Source: Selaginella moellendorffii (Eukaryota; Plantae; Lycopodiophyta). Taken from it: 64,000 bases of DNA. A program made the position numbers and the translations under genes. The notes beneath the pieces are model-generated. The model was not told the origin of the DNA. It made no database searches and saw only the letters and a list, made by a program, of their open reading frames with translations. The stretch covers positions 960,089-1,024,088 of the forward strand of contig NW_003314330.1 of the NCBI RefSeq assembly GCF_000143415.4, given 5' to 3'. Positions 24,801-37,505 of the stretch are shown here, one piece after another. The first letter of the stretch is position 1. Each line of letters begins with the position of its first letter.

Positions 24801-26316
24801 GGATTGAGGACCTATTCGATAAGTTGGGAAAGGCAAAATACTTCTCGAGGATTGACCTAAGGTCAGGATACTTCCAGATCAGGGTAGCAGAGGAAGATGT
24901 CGAGAAGACAACCTGTCAAACAAGGTAAGGAAGATTTGAGTTTTTGGTGATGCCTTTTGGGCTATGCAATGCGCCGGCAACATTTTTGGCATTGATGAAC
25001 CACATCTTTGTACCTTATCTGGATTATTTTGTGGTTGTCTATATTGACGACATCTTAATCTATAGCGAAACGCTAGAGGAGCATGCTAAACACTTAACGA
25101 AGGTGTTTGAGAAACTAAGGGAACACCAACTGTATGCTAAAGAGAGCAAATGTGACTTTGCTCAACAAGAGGTAAAGTTTCTCGGGCAAGGACGGGCTCA
25201 AAGTGAACCCTGAAAAGGTCCAAGCGATTCAGGATTGGGAGCGACCATCAAATGTACATGAGTTAAGGGCATTCTTGGGACTATGCAACTACTATCGAAA
25301 GTTTATCAAACACTATTTCAGAGTAGCCCTACTTTTAACGGACCAAACAGGAAAAGGGAAGATGGTATGGACAGCGGAATGCGAGGTGGCATTTGTCCAC
25401 CTCAAAGAGAAGTTGAAGAAGGCTCCCATGTTGGCGTTACCAGACTTTGGTAAGGACTTTGAGATAGAAATAGATACTTCAGACTTTGCGTTGGGCGCAG
25501 TTTTGAAGCAAGACAATCATCCAGTGGTGTTCTTTTCGAAGAAGTTGGACAAGGCTTAACGGAAGTAGCCTACCCACAAGAAGGAATTGTTTGCAGTGGT
25601 CAAGGCACTCAAGGAGTGGCGACACTACCTTGGGAGACACTTCAAGGTTTACACAGACAATGTGGCAACGAAACACTTCTTGTCACAGCCCGACATGAGA
25701 GGGAAACAAGGTCGGTAGGCTAATGCTTTGGTTGAGTTTGATTGCGAGATTTTGTACAAGCCTGAGAAGAGCAACATCGTGGCAGATGCGCTAAGTCGAA
25801 AAGCGAGCTTGAAGTTGGCGATATCCAGCCTGACAGCAACCTTTTGGGATGATGTGCGGACAACATATGAGAACGATGGTCTAGCACAAGAAGATTGCTG
25901 AGGAATCTGGAGGCACGGGAAACTCACCAGAGAGGTGAGCTGCCAATAGAAGAGAAAACGGGCTATGTAGAACACAATGGACTCATTTATTACAAGTAAA
26001 CGAGGGTGTATGTTCCAAAAGGGGAACTAAGGAAGGTAACCTTAGAAGAGTGTCATAACGAACCTCTTGCGAGACACGGTAGAGTGCCTAAGACAATGGG
26101 CTTACTCAAGAGGAAGTACCACTAGCCAGATATGGCTAAAGACGTCCAAGACTATGTAAAGACATACCCAACATGTTAGTAGGTCAAAGCCGTGACTAAG
26201 CCTAGTGGGGGCTTGTTACAAAGCATCCCAATTCCAGATCTTCCGTGGAAATGTCTTACGATGGACTTCATCACAGGGCTCCCCCCAAGCGAGGGGTTCG
26301 ATGTGATATTCGTGGT

Positions 26317-27893
26317 TGTAGTGCACCTGAATTTGGAGCCGAACTCCAAGCCCGTTGCGCTATGAAATGAGGGTCCAGTACAATCCCACGAGCACCAACT
26401 CCCCGTATCCAGCACCTGCACTCAAAATGGTGTCAGACGGAGTCTGGCACGATTTTGGCATATCGGTGGCCTAACGCGAGAAGGAGGGTACTCCACCGAC
26501 TAGAGCAACGGAGCCAAACTAATGTCTCAGATGGTCGGACATGCATTCCAACCACTATCCCTACTATACATTTGGAACCCCCCATAACCCCCCTGTAAGC
26601 TCCTGAGTTTGGACTTCCCGGGAGGTCACCCAGCCCAGTACTATTCAAACCCAAGGACGCTTAACCCCAAATATCCCAAGACCCTTAACCGATTGGAAAA
26701 GGGGGTGCACTCTTATTCATGGGCCCTTTCCCTCTATATTTGAACCCCATGGACCGTCTCTCAAGTCGTTCCCTTTGGTTGCTTACAATCCACCACGCTT
26801 CCCTGCAAGTTCACGCCTCGTGAACGGAAGCTGAGAGCCGCAACTCTCTCGAGAGCCTCGCTCTCTTGACACCCTACCCCTCGGGTCGAGCCCAGCGGGA
26901 GCAAACTGGACCAGCCAGATATCAATCAACATGTGGTGCGATTCCCCTAGCCAACCAACAGAGTCGGACCTGAGACCGCTCCGATACCAAATGTAAGCTC
27001 CTGAGTTTGGACTTCCCAGAGTCGGACCTGAGACCGCTCCCATGTGGTGCGATTCCCCTAGCCAACCAACAGAGTCGGACCTGAGACCGCTCCGATACCA
27101 AATGTAAGCTCCTGAGTTTGGACTTCCCAGGAGGTCACCCAGCCTAGTACTATTCAAACCCAAGGACGCTTAACCCCAAATATCCCAAGACCCTTAACCG
27201 ATTGGAAAAGGGGATGCACTCTTATTCATGGGCCCTTTCCCTCTATATTTGAACCCCATGGACCGTCTCTCAAGTCGTTCCCTTTAGTTGCTTACACCCC
27301 CCCCCCCCCCCCCTTGAGGAACACACGCTTTGGGCTTTCACCCCAAGCCTCCCTTAGTACCAGGAGTTAGTCTCTAGGACAAGCTCGAAACTTACTAAAT
27401 ATGGAATGTCCTTAGATTGCGAATTTGGACACGGGATGAACACCATTGTGTTCAGGCCGATCTCTACATTCCGTAGATATACCAAATGAGCTGATCTAGA
27501 CACTTTCTATAAATAGCATTTGGGACCGAAATGAGACCAACACAAAGGGCGTGATAGCGAGGGTGTTTGGCAGACACGGTAAGCTATCATCCAGCGATAT
27601 TGAAGGACTAGTCTCAATATGCGAGGGTTCTTGTCACTAGCAAGTGCAAGACAAAACGAGACGGGAACTCCTTACCGGGCTAAGTATGCTTAGCTAATAA
27701 CACGTAGGAATTCTGTCCTTATGCTCGTCCGGTCTAAGTACACTCGAAATGCCCAGTTAACTCCACTAGCACAAGAGGGGCTACTAAAGGGATCCAACTG
27801 TACCAATCTCCTGCCATCATGGCAGTAAGGAAAGAGTGTCCATAAGGACCTATCGACAAGTATCTTTCGATACCCGAAGTCACATTCGCGACA
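26317..27893 (-). mobile_element. Solo LTR of a related family inserted in the integrase (about 870 bp once the Cassandra is removed)
   Basis: TG...CA ends and TSD GTGGT splitting IFV|VVDRFSK. Carries the reverse complement of the shared LTR motif ggggtgaaagcccaaagcg...ggttccaaa.tatagtaggga. Confidence 0.85.
26594..27296 (-). mobile_element. Cassandra TRIM (5S rRNA-derived LTRs) with duplicated PBS/partial LTR
   Basis: LTRs 26594-26787 and 27103-27296. Reverse complement contains gttaagcgtccttgggtttgaatagtactgggctgggtgacctcccgggaagtcc (5S A/IE/C boxes). PBS tggtatcggagc. Inserted in a poly-C tract. Confidence 0.92.
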
Positions 27894-29137
27894 GTGGTGG
27901 TGGACCGATTTTCGAAAATGGCACATTTCATACCCATCACAACGGAAATGGATACGGAAAGTGTGGCGAAACTGTTCTTCAAACAAGTGGTTCGAGTGTG
28001 GGGAAGGCCAAAAGAGATTATCTCAGATCGAGATAAGATCTTCACCAGTAGGTTCTGGTAAACTCTCCTAGAATAATATCGCACCAAGTTGAAATTCAAC
28101 ACAGCCTATCACCCACAGACAGGTATTGGGTATTAAGTCAAGTTTGATGGCACTAACACTTCTTGATAGATGGACAAACAGAAAGGGTGAATAGGTAGCT
28201 GGAGGATTATTTGCGATGCTATGTCTCGAAAGACCAGACTGATTGGGTAAGTCATCTGGGACTTGTGGAAATGTGTTATAATAACTCACCACATTCGAGT
28301 ATCGGGGTGAGTCCATGGGAAGTCATCAATGGGTGAGCTATTAAAGGTTCTGTGGAACTCGGCGTGGCTGAGTATCATGGAGAGTTACTTGCAGTGGAGG
28401 CATTCATGGCGGAAAGACTCAACATTTGGAATCTAGTGAGGGACTCCTTGGAACGGGCTCAACAAAAGCAAACCAAGTACGCGAACCAGAAGCACTGGGA
28501 TGTAGAGTTCCAAGCTGGGGAGAGGGTGTGGCTGAACACCAAGAACCTCAAGCTACCAAGTGGGATCAGCCGGAAGTTGACCCAAAGGTAAAAATGCATA
28601 TATTTCTGTAAATGAATCGATCTTGAGTTCCTTAAGCAGATCCGTGGGGCATTATGAGATTGAGGCACAAATCGGTAAAGTGGCTTAGAGAGATGGGGAA
28701 GATGCACCTAGTGTTCCACATGAACTTACTTAAGCCGTATTTTGAGGATCTGCTTCGCAAGGACCAAGTAAGACCTTTACCTGAGGTTATCTAAGGGGAA
28801 GAGGAATACAAAGTCAAGGCCATCCTCAATGCGCGCAAGAGCAAGCGACAAAGACGCGAGGTGAGAGAGTTCCATGTGAAGTGGAAAGGATTTCCACATT
28901 GCGAAGCAACATGGGAACCGAAAGAGAACCTAGCGAACGCACAAGATTTAGTGGAGGAATTTCTGCAAGGTAGAACTCTATGTACTTATGCAAAGTTCAT
29001 TTAAAGTATCAATTTGTGAAGTTGCAATGGCATATGTTGTGACCCGAAGGCGTGCCGAAGGTAAGCTAATTAGCATGGGTTAGCTAGGTCGACCAAGCAT
29101 AAAGAATTATGCCTAACTCCCCATGGGGATGTCAAAT

Positions 29138-29340
29138 CCGTATACATATTCTACGGAAGTTGGGTTTGAGTCCCAACCCCCTAGTAAAGCAAGGCTGGGT
29201 TTAAGTCCCAACCCCATACTAGGGCGTGGTGGGGTGAGGGGTATAGGGACATCTATATTCTGTTGTCATGGGCTCTTGGCCGGGGAGGCTAACTTAGGCA
29301 CACCGCTAAGTGGGGGGATGCCTCCGGAGACATGGTCAAC
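29138..29340 (+). ncRNA. Putative conserved cis-acting structured RNA between pol and PPT of the outer element
   Basis: Hairpin series homologous to 35296-35482 and 35563-35667 with compensatory changes. Confidence 0.55.
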
Positions 29341-30271
29341 AAATCGTAGGATAAAAAGAGACGTTTGATGAGGGCACCGAACTTCTTCTATGGGTGGTGG
29401 AGTTGTAAAGAACCAACTCCCCAAGGTGTCGTAGGCTAAAGGATCCCCGAAAGCATGACCGAAATGACAAAAAGTTCATCGGACGGGACCGAGTCTGAGA
29501 TCGAGTCCAAGACTGACTCTGAGACCGAGTTCGAGATAGAGTCTAGAATTGAGTCTGAGGCCAACTCGAAGACCAAGTTCAAGGCCGAGTTTGAGACCGA
29601 GTTCAAGACAGAGTCCGAGATCCAAGATCGGGTCCGAGACCGAGTCCGAGGTCGAGTCCGAAGTTGAGTTCGAGATCGGGTCCGAGATCGGGTCCGAGAT
29701 CGAGTCGAAAGTTAAGTTCGAGATCAAGTCCAAAATCGAGTCCGGGTGGGATTCTCGCAGCTCGGGGAGCTCCGCAAGGCGGAGCGTCTCTTTCGATCCA
29801 TCCCGGAGAGGAATGTGGTTTCTTGGAACACGATGATCGCCACTTTATTTTTGGAACCCCTTGCAGCCCCCCTCCCTGGGAGACGCACGCTTTGGGCTTT
29901 CACCCCTTAACCTATATTAGTACTCGGACTCGGTCTTAGTAGGGATAGTGAGGTCTAGGAACCAGTCTTGAAGGAATTCTCTAGTGGTGCTTCCAAACTG
30001 ACTTGAGATTGAGACAGAGGCCAAGGGGCATTGGGTGGGAGTGAGCATGGACTCGAGTGGTGCCGGAGGGGCCACCTAAGGAAGTGTTCAAGAGCAACTC
30101 CCACTCCCGAAAGGGAAACCAATTGCGATGCTCCTGGCTCGTGTGGAATGGTGCCCCACTTGAGTACCTTATGGCTTATTGGCATTCCTTTCGGGATGGA
30201 AGTGGGGGGGTAGAGGTACTTATACCGGGCTGTTAGGCCACAATGTTTTGCCCTAGTGTCCTGAAACAAGT

Positions 30272-30866
30272 TGTAAGCTCCTGAGTTTGGACTTCCCGGG
30301 AGGTCACCCAGCCCAGTACTATTCAAACCTAAGGACGCTTAACCCCAAGTATCCCAAGACCCTTAACTGATTGGAAAAGGGGGTGCACTCTTGTTCATGG
30401 GCCCTTTCCCTCTATATTTGAACCCTAACGGATCGTCTCTCAAGTCATTCCCTTTGGTTGCTTACAATCCACCACGCTTCCCTGCAAGTTCACGCCCTCG
30501 TGAACGGAAGCTGAGAGCCGCAGCTCTCCCGAGAGCCCCGCTCTCTTGACACGCTACCCCTCGGGTCGAACCCAATGGGAGCAAACTGGACCAGCCAGAT
30601 GTCAATCAACGTGTGGTGTGATTCCCTTAGCCAACCAATAGAGTCGGACCCGAGACCCCTCTAATACCAAATGTAAGCTCCTGAGTTTGGACTTCCCGGG
30701 AGGTCACCCAGCCCAGTACTATTCAAACCCAAGGACGCTTAACCCCAAGTATCCTAAGACCCTTAACCGATTGGAAAAGGGGGTGCACTCTTGTTCATGG
30801 GCCCTTTCCCTTTATATTTGAACCCTAACGGATCGTCTCTCAAGTCGTTCCCTTTGGTTGCTTACA
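30272..30866 (-). mobile_element. Cassandra TRIM, canonical LTR-internal-LTR, inserted in the outer 3' LTR
   Basis: LTRs 30272-30466 and 30672-30866 with 5S segment; TSD CAAGT. Confidence 0.93.
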
Positions 30867-31454
30867 CAAGTGTTGCACCTAAGGCTTGGGATTTAGAGGG
30901 TCCCATGATCAAGTCTTGTTGTACCAAGGGATATTAGGAATCTGGAGGCTTGGTGTGCTTGGCTGCTTGTGCTTGCGGGGAGTGTAGCTGAACCTTAAAT
31001 CCAATCTAACCCGGGGAGGGGGATTGGGAGAGATTTGGGAATCCATAGATGGATGGCTAACGCTTTGTTGCTTGTGCAATGAGTAGTTGAAACCAAGTAG
31101 GACCAAGTAGGAGCTGGTATAATAAACAGGAACCTTGGCAAAGGAACTTAGCAAAAACCAAGGCAGTGTTGGTCGAATAGACGAGGTAAATGTGAGACAC
31201 AAAATCCCTAAGCCCCAAAGTGGAGCTGGAACGGTGCCATGTGGTGGTGGCCGAAGCGAAAACCAAACAAGCGTAACACGTTTGGACCAAAAAGCTCCAA
31301 CTTGAAAAGGTCGAAAGTGGGAGTGGAATTCCTAACGAAGTGCTCGAGGAGCGAGCACGAAGTGAGCAATAAGCGAGGCTCCAAAAAGGGACCCAAAAGG
31401 ACCAACACATGACACAAGGAAGTGTCCAAAATGGACCCGAGTTGGGGTCTGAAG

Positions 31455-31750
31455 TGGAGTCCGAGATGGAGTCCAAGGTGGAGTTCGAGATGGAGTCCGA
31501 GATGGAGTCCGAAATGGACCCGAGATGGAGTCCGAGATGGAGTCTGAGATGGACTCGAGATGGAGTCCGAGATGGAGTCCGAGATGGAGTCTAAGATGGA
31601 CCCGAGATGGAGTCCGAGATGGACCCGAGATGGACCCGAGATGGAGTCCGAGATGGAACCGAGACCGAGGCAGAGACCGAGACCGAGTCCGAGTCCGAAA
31701 CCGGGACCGAGACCGAGTCCGAGTCCAAGTTCGAGCCCAAGTCCGAGTCC
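31455..31750 (+). repeat. 12-mer array gagatggagtcc/gagatggacccc in the inner LTR; counterpart at about 37055-37405
   Basis: Seen directly; copy number differs between the two LTRs. Confidence 0.85.
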
Positions 31751-34700
31751 GAATACTAATACAGGCAATTGGGTGAAAGCCCAAAGCGATCGTCCCCCAG
31801 GGGGCGGGGGGGGGTTGCGGGGGGTTCCAAAAGTATAGTAGGGAGAGTGTGGGGGTTGGAGCCCAGTGGAGCCAGTTTGGCCAAGAAAGGCTAGTTTGGC
31901 CCAGGAAAGGCCATACCCAGTGTTGGGTGATGAACTGACCATTGGGAAGTCCAAGACTAGAATGAATATGGACTGACAAGCAGGGTAGCTTAGTGAAGTG
32001 TTCAAGAGCCGGCTCTAGTTTCCCCGGGAGATCGACTGGCTGATACTCCCAGTCCAAGTGTGGGTGGCACTACCTACTTGGATACCAAGCGTGGCTCAAT
32101 GGAACCTTGCTCTAAGCCCATGGCTAGAGCATCCAAAGGCGGAAGGCAGGGAGAGTACCCATGAGGCCTGTGTAGGGCCACGGTGTTCCGGAATGTTGTC
32201 CCAAAGGCCTAGACTGTGGAGAGGAAGAGGAGTAGTCCTCTGGTGTAGTGACCAAGGATACAGTCGAGTGGTGAGGAAGTCCCAGAGGACCGTGGGACTT
32301 AGTGGTCAGGCCTGTGGGCCTTGATCCAATGGCAGTGTTGGCAAACATGGCCATGGGCAGAAAGCGACTTAGTGAAGACCGGAAAAGGGATATTGGGGAA
32401 GGTTATTCCTCTTGTTTGTGGGCATCCTAAGGATGCTAAGGAGTGGATCTGGAATGATCACTCATGGACGGATGGCCCAATCTTTGAGAGACAGGATGAT
32501 GGTGTAGGTGGTGTCAGACCATCGGTGGGACCAAGTGAATGGGCATGGCCTTAGCGTAACGGGCTGATGTGTTGGTGGTACTTTGGGGTGTCGATCATGG
32601 GACCGGACACGTGGAGCACTGGGACCAAGTGCAAAGGTTGAGTGGCATGGATGCCATTCTCGAGGCTAGCAAGCCCCAAGTCCTGAGTGGGACTTATGGA
32701 GGTTATGAATGAGACTCCTCCAAGTGGTCGGAGGTGTGGTTAAGTGACTAAAGTAGAGAGGAAAAATTTAGTCACTTACAACTTGGTATCGGAACTATTC
32801 CTTAGTCCAACTCTTATTAGTGGCCAAGTATATCACCGCTTGTATTGGAATCGGAAGGTCCTAGATATGGACCTATCCTTGAGGAGTAGCATGTCAAAAG
32901 GACATGGCTCTCCACTCAAGTTCATGCATGAACTTGTGCACGGTATGGTGGATGGAAAAGGGCCAGTAAGGGAACGACTTTGGGATCTTGGGAACAGTAT
33001 AAGGGTTTCCTCAGAAAGCTGAGGATGTGATCCAAATGAGCATTTGACGCAGCAAACGAGCTAATGTAGTTGTGGTAAACAACTATAGTTGGGATCACAG
33101 GAAAGATGCAGACTCCAAAACAATAAAGGAGTCACAAGATTACCCTTATATGGTTGAGGCTGGTACTCATAAATTTGAGACCGGAATTGTTGACCGTGGG
33201 AGGTCAAATACAGAAGAGGACACCAGTCCTTGAAATGGTAGCCGGGGCTACCTCTAATAAATGTTGGAACAACCCAAGGAGTTGGGGGTGTACTTAAAGA
33301 TGAGTTGCTATTCTCATCACATGGACAAGTAGTCCTAAGGGGCAAAGGTTAGCCCCAAGAAAATCATCAAGTGTCAGAGTAACACTTGCAAAAATTGTCC
33401 TTGTGAGTAGGACATGAATACAAGGAGTTGTATTCCAGTGAGTTGGCACCTCTAAGACTGAGACCTCGCAGATTGTTGGATTAGCAAAGTCCAAAATGCT
33501 GGATGACTCAAGCAGAGTCAGGGAATGGTCCTAAAGGATTGGTTGGAGCATTTGGATAAGGTGTATGGTGCCCCATGAGGTATGGGGAGGATCATAAGAT
33601 CCAAGTATGAGAACAGTAAGTATCTCATTGATGGCAGAATGTGCCATACTAAAGTTGTGGGAAAGATGTTCCCAGAAGAAAGCAACTTTGGCCCAGAGTT
33701 GGGTGCAAACATTATGGTGCGATGCTAACGGATAGTTAGCATGAGGAACAACTATATTGATCTTGGCAAAGACCTAGACACTAATAAGTAGTGTCATAAG
33801 GGTAGGCTCATAGGGCCGATGGTGTGGAGACACTAAATGTGCCAAGGTGTGATACCTTGAGGTTATGATGGTAGGTTCATAAGAACCCCTTGCCAAGGGA
33901 ATCCTAACGGAAGCGGGAATGGCATGGCCTAAGCTGGAAGGCATGCGGTTGGAGTGTGGTGACCCAGATAATGATGGAGGTGTGGAAGCACCAAACAATG
34001 AGTCGTAGGACTTGACAACTATGGGGCAACTAAGCAAGAGGTGCAAGATAATTGGTTAAATGGGTAGAAGGTAGCTACTCAAGACTTCTTAATGGCATAA
34101 GGAAATTACATGTACCCTTACGGGGGATAAATTGCTTATGTTGCGATATAGCAAATCAATATCATAAACAGGAATGCTCATTGTCAGGAGGCCATCATTG
34201 GGACACCCAAGCACTCTAGAACACCAGGAGGTGGTGTTTCGTGTCGCAAGGGCAATAAATAAGGCCCAAGGGACTAAGTCCCTAGCGAATGATGGATAGT
34301 AGGTGCTATCCAAATGTCCAAGGTTGTGGAGATAGAAGAAGACTGTCTACCCGAATTGGACAAAGCCAAAAATGGAATTTTGGCAAGGCTAGTGATGGGT
34401 ATGTAAAGGCCCATAAGCAGCAACGTTAATCCCGATGTGTGGGATTATAAAGTGAGCATGCCCAAGATTGAGGAACCACTCCCTAGGCTATCAGGTAGGT
34501 TCATCCCTAAGAATACTTGTTAAGGCATAGTAAAATGTGCAAAGCTATCCTCCTAGTCTGGAGGAGAATAACCAAAGGAAACATATGGGGCCAAAAGGCA
34601 AGTAGTATTGGGATGGAACTAAACCATAGAAATCGAAAGGCATATCCAATGGTGGTTATGCAAGTTGGGAGTGGAGAATCAAGAGGGTGCTCGAGGATGT

Positions 34701-35295
34701 TGTTACTTGCAACCATATGGAAAGTCTAAAATATGGAATTGTCCATGTTAGACTATATGGCAACTATAAAGCTTGCGAAAAGGGAGGCCTTAGCAAGCTA
34801 AGGGACAGAGTTCCTTCAAGGTTCCCAAAGACGATTCTAGGTAGTTTAGTACCTAGGAAGGCCAAGTGTAAATGGTTCATAAAACGCGCGAAATCAGAGT
34901 GGCGCAGCAGAAGCGTGGTCTTGAAGCTTGCCATGAGGCAAGGCTCTCAAGGTTAGGGAAGTAGTTCCCGAGTGTTCAAAAAGAGGGCTTTGAACGAAAG
35001 TTGATAGTCAAGGACTTTCACGCTTATGCATGAACCATGTTACGATAGCCGGATGACTTGCCAAGCGAGATTAGCAAGTCGGGGGAACAAATACCCTAGT
35101 TGAAAGTGATAACTTCAAAAAGGGTGGGCCATGGGGCCAAGCATGGAGGAGTCCATGCATGATCACAGACTTGTCAAGTGAGAGGACTTGGCAGTGTGGA
35201 GGAACTAGGTTCCTAAGCTATGATCTGTAGCACGCTTTAAGTATAAGTTGGTGCACTGGCGTGATGAGTCACGCTAGGCATCCTGGGTAATGCCA

Positions 35296-35667
35296 TCCGT
35301 AGATGCATATACGGAGGTTGGGTTCGAGTCCCGACCCTCTAATGCTGGGGTTCGAGTCCCAAATCACTAGGGCGTAGTGATGGTTTGGAATATGAGGACA
35401 CTCATATTTCGGTGGTCATGGACTCTCAGTGAGGAGACTGGCTTGGGCACACCGCCAAGCGGGGGATGCTCCGGAGTCGTGATACACAGTTAAATTGCTT
35501 AGTGTGGCTTGGCATATCTAACTTGAACACTTTGGTGCGAGTGGCACCAAGGACGTGGTGAATGAGATGGGGACACCCAGTCTCAGTTGCTATGGACCCT
35601 TGGCCGGAAGGGCTAGCTTGAGCACACCGCCAAGTGTGGGGGATGCCCCCGGGGTCATGGTCAACAA
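35296..35667 (+). ncRNA. Putative structured RNA module, one full and one partial copy, in the LARD interior
   Basis: Twin ggg-TTCGAGT-ccc T-loop hairpins, GACA-loop hairpin, and a junction with cttgg/ccaag stem and possible pseudoknot. Confidence 0.55.
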
Positions 35668-37405
35668 GTTAAAGGTTTGGGAGACCTAGTACCTATTGGC
35701 AAACCTGTTAAGGTATTAAGATTAGATCACTAGGTGATCGTATGGCTAAACAAGGACGAAATCCTTTTGAGGTTAAGGAACAAGGTTCCTAGGTCAAAAC
35801 GTTGATTTAAACTATTGATAATGGTGTGGCTTGGTCAAGAAGGACACCTAAGGGAATTGAACTACGACGATACAATGATATTATGAGTTCAAAAAAGTAG
35901 TCTCTAGAAAGGACCTATGGGAGGGTCACAATGTTGGGCCGTGGAAGGGGCCCATAGCAGAAGTTGCTACCCTTTGGACTTGGCAAAGTGGAATTTTGCC
36001 ATGGAACCAAAAGAATACCTCAAGGAGGGAGGTAGTGATCCTTTGTTGCTTGATGCAACAATCAATGGATAGGAGCAAAAGACTAGTGGCCAAGTTTGGG
36101 CCATGGAATTTAATGGGAGGAATCCAAATGGCAAAGTTAGCCAAGGAACACTAATGTGTTTGATACTAACGGATTGCGGGAAAGGAAGTGGACTTCCAAG
36201 GTTAGATTCCTAAGTGCTCCAATTTAGCAAAGTAAAAGCTTCAAGTGAGGAGCAGCAAAGTAGCCAAAGGATAGGGCTGTGGACAGCCCTGACACAAATG
36301 ATAATAATTGGAACATAGTGCCAAGGGTGGCACAAAATAAAAAAGAGGATGATGGTGCCCTCAAGTAGAGAACTTCCTAGGATAGGGAAGTGGACTTGCA
36401 CAATATGTGCAATGCAAAGTGTCAGAGACACCTAGGAAATTGACTTCAAGAAGTCAAAAGTAAACGTTCCAAAGTGCAAAGGTTATGTCGATAGAATCTG
36501 AGACTACTCGAGAATGAGTAGTGGAATTGAGTTAGAGAAGGTGTCTCTAACAAGTTTAGCGAGAACTGAACCAATAAAAGGGAGCAAACCACCCCAGGTG
36601 GCCGAATGAGTCTCTATGTTGGAGAGACTATGCCCCTTAGAGGATAGACAAGGCATGGTGAGCCTTTGGTGTCAAACCATAGACAAATATTGGCTGGGTG
36701 CCAAGGATGGAACTGGTAATACATGCGGGTGTTACTTTATAAGAGGGTTTACCATTCGATGAGGACATCGAACTTCGTCTATGGGTGGTGGAGTTGTGAG
36801 ACACAAAATCCCTAAGCCCCAAAGTGGAGCTGGAAGGGTGCCATGTGGTGGTGGCTGAAGCGAAAACCAAACGAGCGTAACACGTTTGGACCAAAAAACT
36901 CCGACTTGAAAAGGTCGAGAGTGGGAGTGGAATTCCTAACGAAGTGCTCGAGGAACGAGCACGAAGTGAGCAATAAGCGAGGCTCCAAAAAAGGACCCAA
37001 AAGGACCAACACATGACACGAGGAAGTGTCCAAAATGGACCCGAGTTGGGGTCTGAAGTGGAGTCCGAGATGGAGTCCAAGGTGGAGTCCGAGATGGAGT
37101 CCGAGATGGACCCGAGATGGAGTCCGAGATGGACCCAAGATGGAGTCCGAGATGGACCCGAGATGGACCCGAGATGGAGTCCGAGATGGAGTCCAAGATG
37201 AAGTCCGAGATGGACCCGAGATGGAGTCTGAGATGGACCCGAGATGGAGTTTGAGATGAACCCGAGATGGACCTGAGATGGAGTCCGAGATGGAGTCCAA
37301 GATGGACCCGAGATGGAGTCCAAGATGGAGTCCGAGATGGAACCGAGACCGAGGCCAAGACCGAGACCGAGATCGAGTCCGAGTCCGAAATCGGGACCGA
37401 GACCG

Positions 37406-37505
37406 NNNNNNNNNNNNNNNNNNNNNNNNNNNNNNNNNNNNNNNNNNNNNNNNNNNNNNNNNNNNNNNNNNNNNNNNNNNNNNNNNNNNNNNNNNNNNNN
37501 NNNNN
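37406..37505. other. Assembly gap (100 N)
   Basis: Run of n inside the repeat array of the inner 3' LTR. Confidence 0.99.

Larger units (their letters stand above)
22764..28990 (+). pseudogene. Decayed gag-pol: gag, CCHC knuckle, protease, RT, RNase H, integrase, chromodomain
   Basis: [73 protein letters not shown]...VKWKGFPHCEATWEP. Many stops and frameshifts. Confidence 0.92.

Noticed and set aside
26610-26670. 5S rRNA gene
   Set aside because: Only the internal promoter half of 5S is present, inside TG...CA LTRs. It is a Cassandra component, as are the other three copies.
31208-32057. Long Ser/Arg/Pro- or His/Leu/Gly-rich ORFs and a CRISPR-like look (also 21551-21894, 29455-29939, 36637-37597)
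   Set aside because: Products of stop-free 6/12-mer arrays in LTRs. No unique spacers and no cas genes.
32781-35200. Coding capacity in the LARD interior
   Set aside because: No ORF over 100 aa and no gag, pol or env motif recognised.
35315-35365. tRNA gene or SINE suggested by GGTTCGAGTCCC B-box motifs
   Set aside because: No cloverleaf, upstream A-box or poly-T terminator found. Treated as part of the structured RNA module.
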